64,000 nucleotides of DNA from a bacterium (GTDB lineage: Bacteria; SAR324; NAC60-12), in NCBI GenBank assembly GCA_965233585.1, contig CBDDTI010000295.1:160001-224000 (forward strand), given 5' to 3'. Numbering within the stretch: the stretch's first letter is position 1; each line of letters opens with the position of its first letter. The position numbers and the translations under genes are program-made. The notes under the pieces were generated by a model. It was given only the letters and a program-made list of their open reading frames with translations, was not told where the DNA came from and made no database searches. Of this stretch, positions 9,791 to 20,383 are shown one piece after another.

Positions 9791-11242
9791 TTGACCGCCA
9801 CATTCATACGTTCTTTCCTCATTTGCTTTTTTGTTCTTTGTCAGACTACTTTTGCATCAAGTCTGGTCATTGCACTAAAAGCCTTGCCAAGCCATTTAGA
9901 CCCTAGAAAAGTCAATCAACAAATAGGCAGGCAAATTTCACAGCCTCTGATTTATCAAACACTCATCACGCAAGATGATACTTTGCAGATTGCATCAGGG
10001 CTTGCCTCTTCATGGACAAGCGATGCAGGTCAGCAAGCCTATACCTTCAATTTGAACCCTCAATCAACATTTTCTGATGGTTCACCAGTGCTGGCAAAGG
10101 ATGTTCAGCAGGTGATTGAATACTTTTTGACCAATACCTCACCTTTTCGTTTTTTAAGAAAAAGTATTCAAGGGGTTTCTGTGATAGACCAGCACACGCT
10201 TAGAATTGATTTGTTTCAGCCTGACCCAACATTCCTTTTTAAAATGGTTCTGCCTGTTTACAAAATGGTGGATAACAAACCCATTGGCTCGGGTGCATTT
10301 GTCATTCAAGAACACACTGCCACAGAGTTACGACTTGTTCCAAATGTTCACGCTCTTCAAGCACCTCTTCTCAAAGAAGTCATTTTTCAAGTGATTAAAG
10401 AGAAGCAGAAGCTGTTGCAAAAGCTGACAAAAGGAGAGGTTGGCTTGGCAGTCAATCAGCTTTCACCAACTGAAGCCCAAGAACTTTCCAAAGAACAATT
10501 TCGTTTCACTTCATCTCCTGCGCTGGATTACCAATACATTGCGGTCAACACACAACGTCCTTTTTTACAAGAAACGGAAGTCAGGCAGGCATTGGCTTAT
10601 GCGATAGATAGAAAGCAGTTGAAACAAAGCAGCGGACGCACCCAAGCGATTCTTGCCAAAAGCCTTTTTCCTGAAAAAACGATGTTTGATGTTGCAAATT
10701 TGGAGGAATACCCCTACAATCCCAATCTTGCTAAAACGCTTCTTCAAGGTAAAAAGTTAAAATTGAGTTATCACACAACAGAAGAGACTCAAAACTTTGC
10801 AGAGACTTTGAAGCAACAACTTCAAAAAGTGGGTGTTGCATTGACCATTCATTATGAGAATGCAACCAGCTTGTTAGGCAGGGTGAATCGTGGGGATTTT
10901 GACCTTGCTTTCATGCGATGGCGGGGAGTGAGTGACCCAAGTCTTTATTTTTCTTTATTTCACTCTTCTCAACTTCCTTCGCAAGGTGGTTTTAATCACA
11001 CTCGGTTTCAATACCCGATGCTTGATGTTCTGTTGGAAAAAAAAGATTTGGCACAAAAAATGCTCAAGGCACACTATGGCAGGGTTCAAGCCCTGTTATC
11101 CCAAGAGTTGCCCTATTTGCATTTGTGGCATACTCAGAATTATGGGGTCTTTCACAGGTCTCTTTCAGGCTTTCAAATGAATCTGATTGGGAACTATGAA
11201 TCACTCCAACGAGTCAGATTGCAAAATAAAATGCAAAAATGA
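9791..11242 (+). CDS. ABC transporter substrate-binding protein, family 5 (peptide/nickel type), orphan
   Basis: LDP, LASSW, FSDGSPVLAKDV, GSGAF, VRQALAYAIDR. Confidence 0.88.
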   Translation: MTATFIRSFLICFFVLCQTTFASSLVIALKALPSHLDPRKVNQQIGRQISQPLIYQTLITQDDTLQIASGLASSWTSDAGQQAYTFNLNPQSTFSDGSPVLAKDVQQVIEYFLTNTSPFRFLRKSIQGVSVIDQHTLRIDLFQPDPTFLFKMVLPVYKMVDNKPIGSGAFVIQEHTATELRLVPNVHALQAPLLKEVIFQVIKEKQKLLQKLTKGEVGLAVNQLSPTEAQELSKEQFRFTSSPALDYQYIAVNTQRPFLQETEVRQALAYAIDRKQLKQSSGRTQAILAKSLFPEKTMFDVANLEEYPYNPNLAKTLLQGKKLKLSYHTTEETQNFAETLKQQLQKVGVALTIHYENATSLLGRVNRGDFDLAFMRWRGVSDPSLYFSLFHSSQLPSQGGFNHTRFQYPMLDVLLEKKDLAQKMLKAHYGRVQALLSQELPYLHLWHTQNYGVFHRSLSGFQMNLIGNYESLQRVRLQNKMQK

Positions 11243-11243
11243 C

Positions 11244-11272
11244 TTGACTTTCAACTTCCAGTCAAATACAAT
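11244..11272 (+). promoter_or_regulatory. sigma70-type promoter of the porin gene
   Basis: TTGACT-N17-TACAAT; contains TTGACT-N10-AGTCAA inverted repeat. Confidence 0.7.
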
Positions 11273-11347
11273 GGCTGGTTTTTCTAGTTTGGCTGCCATT
11301 GGGGCAGTCATTTTTAACAGGGTCCATTGATTTTAAGGAGAAAAAAT

Positions 11348-12547
11348 ATGACTCTCAAACAACTCAAATCTTTGATGTTAGTAACATTCTCAGCTGCTGT
11401 CTTGTCTCAAGCTTCAGCCGCTGACGTCAAAGTTTCAGGAAGTGCAACTGGATATATCAAAAGTTTCTCTTCTAGCACAAAAGCAGCAGAGAAGGATGCT
11501 AAATCTAAATCTGTTAGCAAATGGGTGCATAAAGGTTCAGGTGCCGTCAAATTTTCAGCTGAAGAGCAGAAAGGAAGCACAACCTATTCTGCTGTCGTTT
11601 CAGGTGAAGGATACACAGGAGAAGCATTTAAATTAGATGACACTTACTTAGGAATCTCTATGGATTCAGGCTTGACCATTAAGTATGGTGGTGTCCGTGG
11701 AAGTGGTGTTGATGGCAGTTTTAGTGTTGGAGAATCTGTGGAAGCAAAAGGTGGAGCAGATTATTACTTCGGACAATACGCAAGGCAACGAAAAGGTGCT
11801 GTCATTGCATTTGCCACAGGAGACATTCATGCAGAATTAGCACTCGTTACTTTTAGTCAAGCCAAAAAAGATGATGGTACAGCTGAACTGAACTATCTAG
11901 GCTTCCGTCCTTACTTCAAATTTGACAACGGCATGATCCATGCTGATTTTGCCTATGACACCATTACTGGTGAGTCCACTGATGAAGATGACAAAGACAA
12001 AGACGAGAAGTCTGGTTTTGGACTCAATGTTCAATATTCAGGTGCAGGCGTCAAAGCTGGTTTCAACTATGGCTCTGGTGAGGATAGTGTCACAGCCTAC
12101 ACTCCTGCTGCTAAGGCAACCACTAAAAAAGTAAACAGGGTCGTTGCTGATGGCGATGGCTTTAAAGAGGAAGAAGTCGTAGTTCCTGTTGCTGAAGTCA
12201 AAGCATCCAAGAAAGTCACCAAAAAGGCTCCAGTTTCATTGGGAGTTTATGCTGGGTACGAGTTTGGAAGTGGCATGGCAGCTGGTATAAACTATAAAGC
12301 GACAACTGACGTTGAAAAAGTGGAAACTGATGCGGGGACATCTGAAACGAACCTGGCTACTGACAAAATTTACTTGGGATTTTCTCATAATGTGGGTGAA
12401 GGTCCTGTAACTTACTATGTCACTTACGCAACGTCCACTGCGACGAGTGAGGCTCAAAAGAACGCAAAAGGTGAGGATATTTCAGAGAAATTTAAATACG
12501 AGCAGAAGGTTGATGGCATTACTTTTAAAATGTCTTATGACTTCTAG
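11348..12547 (+). CDS. Major outer-membrane protein / porin
   Basis: AAGGAG RBS, signal peptide (ASA/ADV), Gly/Tyr/Phe-rich amphipathic strands, terminal YDF; own promoter and terminator. Confidence 0.8.
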   Translation: MTLKQLKSLMLVTFSAAVLSQASAADVKVSGSATGYIKSFSSSTKAAEKDAKSKSVSKWVHKGSGAVKFSAEEQKGSTTYSAVVSGEGYTGEAFKLDDTYLGISMDSGLTIKYGGVRGSGVDGSFSVGESVEAKGGADYYFGQYARQRKGAVIAFATGDIHAELALVTFSQAKKDDGTAELNYLGFRPYFKFDNGMIHADFAYDTITGESTDEDDKDKDEKSGFGLNVQYSGAGVKAGFNYGSGEDSVTAYTPAAKATTKKVNRVVADGDGFKEEEVVVPVAEVKASKKVTKKAPVSLGVYAGYEFGSGMAAGINYKATTDVEKVETDAGTSETNLATDKIYLGFSHNVGEGPVTYYVTYATSTATSEAQKNAKGEDISEKFKYEQKVDGITFKMSYDF

Positions 12548-12569
12548 TCTTATTTGACTTTTCCCATTC

Positions 12570-12603
12570 AGGAATCTCTTTTAACAGAAGGGATTCCTTT
12601 TTT
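12570..12603 (+). terminator. Intrinsic terminator
   Basis: AGGAATCTCT...AGGGATTCCT hairpin followed by a T run. Confidence 0.75.
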
Positions 12604-12849
12604 CCTTCCTCTCCTCTTTCTTCCCACCCTTTTTTTCTTTGATTCATCACAACCAGATAGAGAGGTTTTAAATCAAGACGTTTCTCTTTTCTCTTCTCTT
12701 TCATCTCTTTCACTGGTGTTGCACAGAAAAAATTTTGATTGTGAATCACGGTTGAGTTGTTGCGATTTTTTTCAACTAAACCATTCAATTTTTTTGAAAA
12801 ACTGCCGATACTAAAGTTTTTGACGTGTCCTCATCAACTAAAAGTGGAT

Positions 12850-13251
12850 ATGAAAAACTTGATTGTGCTGACCTTGATTCTGACCATTCTGACTAGCTGT
12901 TCTACATTGAGGAGGCAGAACCAACCTGTTGTCGTGCAGTGTGCCTCTATACGAATTGCACAAGCCTATGACATGCACCATCTGGCAAAAATGAAGCTGG
13001 CAGAGTATTTCAGCGGTCGTTCTCTACAAAATCTGGTAGAAGCCTACTATGCCGCCATTGACTCGGTTTACATGGGACGCCTAGCCTCAAAATGTCAAGA
13101 CCGTAAAACCAATGACCTCTTCGCCTATCAAAATCTTTTCAGACTAAATTATGAGATTTGGAAGGTTGTCCGTATCAACCTCCGTGATGAAAACGAACTA
13201 TTGATGCTCTATGGAGACCAAGCATCTGATTTGATTGACATGCCCCAATGA
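12850..13251 (+). CDS. Hypothetical lipoprotein
   Basis: MKNLIVLTLILTILTS/C lipobox; start moved from the ORF track (12757). Confidence 0.7.
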   Translation: MKNLIVLTLILTILTSCSTLRRQNQPVVVQCASIRIAQAYDMHHLAKMKLAEYFSGRSLQNLVEAYYAAIDSVYMGRLASKCQDRKTNDLFAYQNLFRLNYEIWKVVRINLRDENELLMLYGDQASDLIDMPQ

Positions 13252-13286
13252 GACGTGTGTCTTGAATGATTGAACAATCAAGTAAG

Positions 13287-15002
13287 CTATTGCTTGGGAA
13301 TGTTCTGTAAAAAAGGAATGTCTATGTCTGTGGAGGTAGAAAGTAGTAACAACAAATCGTGTTCTTCAATGATTAAATCATTGGCAGGGTGGACAAAAAG
13401 TTGCCGATTCCTTGACACTGCCAAGCCGATGCAATCGTATTCAAAAAGTAAATGCGAGACCTCCAGCCATGAAAGCTCTTTGAAACCTTCTTTGACCTGA
13501 AACACACGCAAAGAATTGGTCTTAATTTTTTGTGTCACAATCCTTTTAATGAGAATTTCATAGCCTTCATTAGAAAGACTTTGAGCCATGAGCGGTGCGC
13601 TTAACTCATCTGCATTGATATAAAAATCACAACCAATGTATTCCAAATTGGTAGCAAATTCAGGCGAGCGAAAACTGGCAACAGTCTTGACAACTCCTTG
13701 CGTCAGCGATTCCAAAATTAAAACACACATCATCGTATAGCTATCGCTACGGTGGTCTAAAAAAGCAACTTTCACATGGGAGGGTCTCATACGTGAAAGC
13801 TCATAATCTGCAACCAAATCCATCTGAACCCATTTGGTATTGTTCTCCAGTGGAAAATCAGACGGAGGAGTCTGGCGAGAAATGATGAGAACTTCTTCAT
13901 CTTGCTTGACAAATTCCAGCTCTGCCAGCAGTCTTTGAATGAATAACAGAGAATCTGAAGCAATCAAGACAACTCCTTGACTAGGGAAGTCAATTTTTTC
14001 AGGCAGTTTTGTCCCATAAGCTAGATTGTGTTTGGGAGGTTTCAAGCTCAACACACTGTCATTTTGACGAATGACGAAATCTTGGGGCGGGCTGATGTGA
14101 ATTTGCTGGTCTTCTGTCAAAATAGCAATAGGCGTCTCATTGTGGTTTTTCGCCTTGATGAAGTAATCCTTCCAAGAAAGACTACCCTCGTTTTGAGGAA
14201 GCAGTTGAGTTTGAATTTGAGGAAACATGGGATCCCGCAGAATCACCTCCCTTGTCCATAAATAGCTTTCTTGAGAAAGAAACGCCCTCACCATCATCGG
14301 AACGAAAATGTCAAAAGGATTCAGCACTCTATCGCAACCCAATTTTCTAAAGTTGGCATCGCTCCGTAATCCGTAATCAATGGCAGCGACAGTCATTTTC
14401 TTCTGGGAGATATTTTTCAGCTGGATAATGCCTGTTGTTGTCTCGCTGTTGTCTCTAAAAAAAACATAGGCATCTTTTGCATGGGCAGCACCTGCTCGTT
14501 GACTGACCAAATGCTCTGACGGATGCCCTGCAATCCAAGGCAATTTTGCAAATTCACTCCTTTGCAGAGGGTGTTTTTTGGAGGGTGCAACAATCACAAT
14601 CTTGCCTTCCTTTAATTTTTGAGGATATTCGTGAATCACAGATTCAATGAAGCGAACATCATCAGAACAGATTAAAAGATGCCCTTTTTTACGGAAGGGC
14701 TTGATGCCCAAATAGGCGGCACTTTGAAACCCAAAAAAGAGTTGTGAGAACAAAGAGATGATGAGTGAGTTGACAATCACCCCAGAAGAAATGACAAAAA
14801 TCGCAAAGACTTTTCCTTCAATCGTGACAGGAGCATGATCTCCATAGCCGACTGTGGTAATGGTCACAACTGTCCACCATAAACTTTCAAAGAGGTCTGC
14901 AAAGTCTTTGTTTGTTCCTTCTTCAATGATAAAAATCCCAAAAGTGGCAGTGATGACAGAAAGGAGCAGAAAAAAGCATGCAAAAATCCATTGTCTAGAC
15001 AT
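13287..15002 (-). CDS. 2TM potassium channel with long RCK-like C-terminal region
   Basis: SLWWTVVTITTVGYGD selectivity filter; two repeated Rossmann-like units. Confidence 0.9.
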   Translation of the reverse strand: MSRQWIFACFFLLLSVITATFGIFIIEEGTNKDFADLFESLWWTVVTITTVGYGDHAPVTIEGKVFAIFVISSGVIVNSLIISLFSQLFFGFQSAAYLGIKPFRKKGHLLICSDDVRFIESVIHEYPQKLKEGKIVIVAPSKKHPLQRSEFAKLPWIAGHPSEHLVSQRAGAAHAKDAYVFFRDNSETTTGIIQLKNISQKKMTVAAIDYGLRSDANFRKLGCDRVLNPFDIFVPMMVRAFLSQESYLWTREVILRDPMFPQIQTQLLPQNEGSLSWKDYFIKAKNHNETPIAILTEDQQIHISPPQDFVIRQNDSVLSLKPPKHNLAYGTKLPEKIDFPSQGVVLIASDSLLFIQRLLAELEFVKQDEEVLIISRQTPPSDFPLENNTKWVQMDLVADYELSRMRPSHVKVAFLDHRSDSYTMMCVLILESLTQGVVKTVASFRSPEFATNLEYIGCDFYINADELSAPLMAQSLSNEGYEILIKRIVTQKIKTNSLRVFQVKEGFKELSWLEVSHLLFEYDCIGLAVSRNRQLFVHPANDLIIEEHDLLLLLSTSTDIDIPFLQNIPKQ

Positions 15003-15041
15003 GAATGAAGAGAAGTTTAGGGTGAATCAAAATGTTGAGGA

Positions 15042-17066
15042 TTACTGCTTAAATTTGGCAAAGAAGTCTGCCCTTGCAGATTCGGTAGCACGCGCCTTTT
15101 CTTCTTTGGTGCAAATGAAGTGTGGAGGGTTTTGGAACAAGTTTGCTGATAAATCTTTGACAAAACATGAGGGTTGACAATTAATGGTTTCTTTGTAACG
15201 TCTTTTTGTTCTATATGCAGAAAGTGTGAGTTCTTCACAGGCACGAGTCATGCCCACGTAGCAAAGTCTTCTTTCTTCCTCCATTCGTTGCTCTTGCATA
15301 GCAATCTTATTGGGAAATGACTCATCAACCATTGATGTCATAAAGACGTAAGGATATTCTAACCCTTTCACACTGTGATATGTTGCAAGGGTGACTAAAT
15401 TTTGTTGGGCGTCATCAGACCTGTCTTCGTTTTGGAACAAGGCAATCCGTTCCAAATAGTTTTTGAGCGTGGCATCAGGATAACGTTCGGCGTAAAAATG
15501 GAGTCCACGAGAAAGCTCTAACACACATGAAACACGTCTTTCTTTAGTTTGGGTGTCTGTGTCCTCTTGTCTCAATGCTTGTAAAAATCCTGTGTGTTCC
15601 AACAGAGCATCAAAGGCATTTCCTAATGTTTCTTTTTCAAACATGTTTTGAAAATGCTTAATCATCTCGCAAAATCTTCCCATAGAATCTGCTGCTGTGG
15701 CAGAAAGATTTGGAATATGAGAGGCATAAATCATGGTGCTAAACAATGAACGTTCATTGTCTCTGGCAATCTGTGTGATTTTGGTCAAAGACACCTGACC
15801 AATTCCGCGTCTTGGAAAAGCAACAGCTCGTCTTAAACCGACTTCATCACTAGAATTTGCAATGACCCGCAAATAGGCTAGAACATCTCTAATTTCACGC
15901 CTTTCATAAAAGCTCAGTGAACCTTTGACTTTGTAAGGAATTTGGCATTCTCGCAAGGCTTCTTCAATTTGACGAGATTGAAAATTAGAACGATATAAGA
16001 TGGCATAATCTCCATACTTTCTGGCTTGTCCTTGTGTTTCGCTTCTCAAGACTTTGGCAATACGAGCCACCTCTTCTCTATCATTGTCTTCATAAACCCA
16101 GCGAATCTTTTTGCCTTGTGGTTTGCTAGACCATAGCTTTTTGTCAATGCGATTGGGATTATTTGCAATGATTTGGTTTGCCGCCTCTAAAATCACGGAA
16201 GTAGAACGATAATTTTGCTCAAGTTTAATTGTCTTGGCTTGTGGAAAGTCTTTTTGAAAATCTAAAATATTGCGTTGGTCTGCACCCCTCCAGCCATAAA
16301 TAGATTGGTCATCATCTCCTACAACACACAAATTTTGGTGTTCCTTTGTCAAGAGTTGCAACAGTTCATATTGTGGTCTGTTGGTGTCTTGATATTCATC
16401 AACCATGACGAAGCGATTCTGTGTTGACAGCTCTGCATTGACATCAGGAAAAGTGCGGAGCAACCTCAAAGTTTGTAAAAGCAAATCGTCAAAATCCATC
16501 AATCCATTGGTAAACAAATAGCTTTGATATTCTTGGTAAATGGGTTCAACTTCTTTGGCAGTTTGCGACCCCCACTGTGCATCAAGTAGCTGAAAGAAGT
16601 TGCCATTTTGCATTTTGCAAGTGCTGATACAACGCAAGATAGCTTTGTATTCATCTTTTTTCAAATCGTATCCTTGGTCTTCTGCAACCTGTTTGATGAG
16701 GGCAAGTTGGTCAGAGGCATCATAAATGGTGAAGTTTTTAGGATATTTGAGGCGGTCTGCATATTGACGTAAAACACGAACACAAAACGAATGAAAAGTA
16801 CAAACCCTCACTTGTTTGGCACGCCCCCCAATCATTTGCTTCAGTCGGTCTTTCATCTCTTCTGCGGCTTTGTTGGTGAAGGTTACAGCCAAAATCTGAT
16901 GGGGTAGGATTTGATGAGACTCAATCATGTGTCCAATTCTCGCGATGATGACACGTGTTTTGCCGCTTCCTGCCCCTGCAAGCAAAAGCAAAGGTCCTTG
17001 AATACTCATCACTGCTTGTTGCTGTTGAGGGTTGAGCTGTTGAATTTTGGGAGGAATTTTAGACAT
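15042..17066 (-). CDS. UvrD/PcrA/Rep-family DNA helicase
   Basis: AGAGSGKT, TFTNKAA, VDEYQD, VGDDDQSIY, QNYRS, KGLEY, YVGMTRA. Confidence 0.96.
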   Translation of the reverse strand: MSKIPPKIQQLNPQQQQAVMSIQGPLLLLAGAGSGKTRVIIARIGHMIESHQILPHQILAVTFTNKAAEEMKDRLKQMIGGRAKQVRVCTFHSFCVRVLRQYADRLKYPKNFTIYDASDQLALIKQVAEDQGYDLKKDEYKAILRCISTCKMQNGNFFQLLDAQWGSQTAKEVEPIYQEYQSYLFTNGLMDFDDLLLQTLRLLRTFPDVNAELSTQNRFVMVDEYQDTNRPQYELLQLLTKEHQNLCVVGDDDQSIYGWRGADQRNILDFQKDFPQAKTIKLEQNYRSTSVILEAANQIIANNPNRIDKKLWSSKPQGKKIRWVYEDNDREEVARIAKVLRSETQGQARKYGDYAILYRSNFQSRQIEEALRECQIPYKVKGSLSFYERREIRDVLAYLRVIANSSDEVGLRRAVAFPRRGIGQVSLTKITQIARDNERSLFSTMIYASHIPNLSATAADSMGRFCEMIKHFQNMFEKETLGNAFDALLEHTGFLQALRQEDTDTQTKERRVSCVLELSRGLHFYAERYPDATLKNYLERIALFQNEDRSDDAQQNLVTLATYHSVKGLEYPYVFMTSMVDESFPNKIAMQEQRMEEERRLCYVGMTRACEELTLSAYRTKRRYKETINCQPSCFVKDLSANLFQNPPHFICTKEEKARATESARADFFAKFKQ

Positions 17067-17131
17067 TGAAACTATTGCTCAAATGGTGTGTAATGGAAAG
17101 TTTTTTTGACTCTATTTGGAGGATTTGAACC

Positions 17132-18691
17132 ATGGATCCAAATTATTATGTCATTTCTCTTGCGCCCGGCTGTATTGAGGGTTTGAAAGTTGGTGTTGAA
17201 AAGAAAGGCTCTGCTTTTTGTGATGAGACTTACTCCAAGTTGTGGGAAAACGATTTGATTTTGGACTCTGAACAAAACCTTGAGCAGTTTATCAAGTTTC
17301 ATGGCTGGAATCAAGGGTATGTTCGTGCTATCCTGCCAGCCAGCCTTGTTTCCACACGTTCCATCTCCTTTCCCTTTAACGACCCAAAAAAAATTAAACA
17401 AGCCTTGCATTTTAAAATAGAATCCGAACTGCTCCAAGAATTGGATTCTGTTCAGTTGGCATACCAAATCATACTTTCTGACCAAGATGCAGAGGTGATT
17501 GTTTACACAACATCTAAATCTGAGATTGAGCGACTAGACCAAGTCATCAGTCATTACAACCTGCTTTTATATGAGGTCAGCTTTTACGGGCATGCTCTAC
17601 TTCATACCTTGCCCCAAGTTATTGATGAAAATGACTATTACCAAGTTTATCTAGGTGTAGAAGAAGTTTTTGTCAACTGCATCAAAAATAGACAACTTGT
17701 CAAAAATAAATTTTTTCAAACTCAATTTCTTGACATTCTAAAATATTTGCTTGCGACCGAATTGGAAATTGCACCCAACGAAGAAATAGAACTTGAAGAA
17801 GACGAAGCCTTTGCCCTGTTGGAAACAGAAGGTAGCTTGGAGGGAACTCCCGTTTTTGAAAATGAACCACGCAAGGAGTTAATTCAGGAAATCACCCAAC
17901 TTTGTCATCAACTTAACTTTTTCTTTGGCACTATGCCAGAGCAAGAGATTTTAATTTACGGCAAACTTTCGGATTTAGTTAGATTTGACGGACAGACCTT
18001 TCAACCACATTTGGCGCAACTAGACCAATGGATTGAAAGCAATGATGAACAATGGGGGATTCTTTCTACACTTGCTGACAGTTCTGACTTTCTGAATGCT
18101 CAAAATGCCCCTGTCACATTTTATTCCAGAACCAAATTTCTTGGCTTTTTGATGTTGAGGAAGTTTGCAATCCGTGCGTTCATGGTAGGTTTTTTGTTCA
18201 TTGCAACTGGTTTCTCTTTGGCTGTTGGAAGGTATTGGGAGCAAACCTTATCTGAACAAGCCACCGTCAAAAATCAAAGATTATTGCAAGAACGTTTACA
18301 AATGTTATTGCCTGACGAGGCTGTTACAAATCTGACTCAAGGTGTAGAGCTTTTGAAGGAAAAAATCCAAAAAAGGCAGTATGAGTTAAACATCAGTACT
18401 CCCTTCTTTGAAAGAAACTACTCCAGTTTGAATTTGTTGAAGCAAATCTCAAACACCTTTCCTTCCTTTGCGGAGTCCTCCATTGATCATATCAAATTCT
18501 TGGAATCAGAGCTTTTGATTAGTGGTCAAACTAAAAATTATGACCAACTTGAGGAAATTAGGAAGATTGTTGAGGGTTCTCAATTTTTCGCCAATCAAGT
18601 TGTCAAAGTCACCAATAATAGAACATCAGAAGGGGTGCTGTTTCAAATCATTGTGCGATCTGAAAATCTAACAGAAAGTACAGATTTGTGA
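17132..18691 (+). CDS. GspL / PilM-PilN-like inner-membrane platform protein
   Basis: Actin-like N-domain (RSISFPF..PKKIKQAL), single TM, periplasmic domain with ISGQT..YDQL. Confidence 0.65.
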   Translation: MDPNYYVISLAPGCIEGLKVGVEKKGSAFCDETYSKLWENDLILDSEQNLEQFIKFHGWNQGYVRAILPASLVSTRSISFPFNDPKKIKQALHFKIESELLQELDSVQLAYQIILSDQDAEVIVYTTSKSEIERLDQVISHYNLLLYEVSFYGHALLHTLPQVIDENDYYQVYLGVEEVFVNCIKNRQLVKNKFFQTQFLDILKYLLATELEIAPNEEIELEEDEAFALLETEGSLEGTPVFENEPRKELIQEITQLCHQLNFFFGTMPEQEILIYGKLSDLVRFDGQTFQPHLAQLDQWIESNDEQWGILSTLADSSDFLNAQNAPVTFYSRTKFLGFLMLRKFAIRAFMVGFLFIATGFSLAVGRYWEQTLSEQATVKNQRLLQERLQMLLPDEAVTNLTQGVELLKEKIQKRQYELNISTPFFERNYSSLNLLKQISNTFPSFAESSIDHIKFLESELLISGQTKNYDQLEEIRKIVEGSQFFANQVVKVTNNRTSEGVLFQIIVRSENLTESTDL

Positions 18692-18750
18692 TTTAAAATC
18701 TGATTTTTATGATATAATCCCTTGCTTTTGACGTATCATCAAATTTTATT

Positions 18751-19104
18751 ATGAACCAAGAACAACTTCATCAGTTTGAACAAAAACTTGTTCAAATGAG
18801 GCAACAAATTTTAGATGAATCAGACCATACTCGCTTTGATCTAAGACAAGAAGACACTCTTTTATCTGATGCTTATGATCGCGCATCTTTGGAAACAGAC
18901 CGCAGTACAGTCTTACGTATTAGAGACAGAGAACGTAAATTACTCCTGAAGATTGAGCAAGCATTAGAGAGAGTTCACCAAGAAACTTTTGGCTTTTGTT
19001 TGGAATGTGAAGAAGAAATCCCTTATGAAAGATTGAATGCCCGCCCGATGACTACATTGTGTATTGAATGCAAGGAACAACAAGAAAAAGGAGAAAAGTT
19101 TTAA
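18751..19104 (+). CDS. dksA: RNA polymerase-binding protein DksA
   Basis: DAYDRA coiled-coil tip, RDRERKLL.KI, CLEC...RLNARP...CIEC zinc finger. Confidence 0.93.
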   Translation: MNQEQLHQFEQKLVQMRQQILDESDHTRFDLRQEDTLLSDAYDRASLETDRSTVLRIRDRERKLLLKIEQALERVHQETFGFCLECEEEIPYERLNARPMTTLCIECKEQQEKGEKF

Positions 19105-19246
19105 ATTCAGACTAGTCAAATTGTTTGGTGACACCCGCAAAGCATTCAAATTTCCTATGACTGACACGACCAGATCAGACTTCAAAATTTTGCCATCAAT
19201 CATTATTTACCTTCCTAATACATTTTTCAAACAGACAGGCAGACAC

Positions 19247-20383
19247 TTAGCCACATGATGAAAAAGTAGAACAAGAGCGGTGCAAAAAGCCTTGATTGAT
19301 TTGTGTCTCAAGAGACTCGTCATTGGGAGGCAGAAATGGCATGGATTGATTCCAAACTGCAGGTTTTTCCATACACAAATAGACATTCATTTTGGGAGCA
19401 AGTTTGTAAATCTGCTTTTGTGCTAAAGAATACATCTTTTGCCTGATAGACTTGAGGTAACGTTGTTTGCCATCTTCTGCCTGTACGAATTCTCCTAAAA
19501 AAATCTCGCTTTTGGGAAATCTTTCATCAACAACTGCTCTGAGTTTTGGCAAGCAACGCAGAGTCCCAAGGCTCAGCCAGACTATTTTTTCAGGAGGTAT
19601 GGCATCAAAAAGTTGCTCAATAAGTTCTGAATAGTTTTTTTCCCAACCCTGATGCCAAATCATTGGGTCAAGATGAAATGCCACAGGGTAGCCCGCCCGC
19701 ACTGCTTTTTGTGCAGCAAGAAGTCTTTCATGCAACCGAGCAGTTTTAAATTCTTCACGGTTGACAATCACTTCAGGGTTGATAGACCAGCTGATGACGG
19801 TCTTTCCACGATGCTCCAAATCCAGCAAATGATCCACGTAATCTGATTTGGTTTTTAACTCTAAAATGGTCTTGGGTAGTGTTGCAAAAAATGGAATAAC
19901 TTTTTGATTGATTTGCAAAATGGGGTCAAATGCCAAACTGTCCGAATACTCACCAGTCCCAACTCTCAACAAACGATGAGGCTGTTTCAGCACATACGAT
20001 TTGACATCAGCAAGAATTTTGTTGAGGTTGGCATGAACGGTCACAACAGGTTTATTCAGAAACGCTTGTAAGATGCAATAAGTGCATTCAAAAGAGCAAT
20101 TTTCAATAAAATCAATCGTGAGATAGTTGCAACACAATGCAGATTGAGTGTTGCCCGGACATGGCTTGATAGCAATGCCGGGAAAGTTTTTGAGGTGCAA
20201 AATTTTTTTGGCTTGCGTCAAAGGATTTTTCGCAGGGTCAGAAATGAAGGTGTCTTTGTGCCACTCATACTTTTCCACAGTGCGAGCTTCAATAGAAGAG
20301 AAAGTTTGTAAAATTTCCTGCACGAAGGGTTCATTTTGGATACTTTGGTCAACAATGATTTGGTCAGGACGGTAGGATTTCAT
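19247..20383 (-). CDS. Spore photoproduct lyase-like radical SAM protein
   Basis: CSFECTYC motif, GTGEYSDS, ELKTKS, SWSINP, DGKQRY, YLCME. Confidence 0.85.
   Translation of the reverse strand: MKSYRPDQIIVDQSIQNEPFVQEILQTFSSIEARTVEKYEWHKDTFISDPAKNPLTQAKKILHLKNFPGIAIKPCPGNTQSALCCNYLTIDFIENCSFECTYCILQAFLNKPVVTVHANLNKILADVKSYVLKQPHRLLRVGTGEYSDSLAFDPILQINQKVIPFFATLPKTILELKTKSDYVDHLLDLEHRGKTVISWSINPEVIVNREEFKTARLHERLLAAQKAVRAGYPVAFHLDPMIWHQGWEKNYSELIEQLFDAIPPEKIVWLSLGTLRCLPKLRAVVDERFPKSEIFLGEFVQAEDGKQRYLKSIRQKMYSLAQKQIYKLAPKMNVYLCMEKPAVWNQSMPFLPPNDESLETQINQGFLHRSCSTFSSCG

Noticed and set aside
12525..12814. Opposing 86-87 aa ORFs over a C/T-rich tract
   Set aside because: Low-complexity pyrimidine tract downstream of the terminator; compositional artefact
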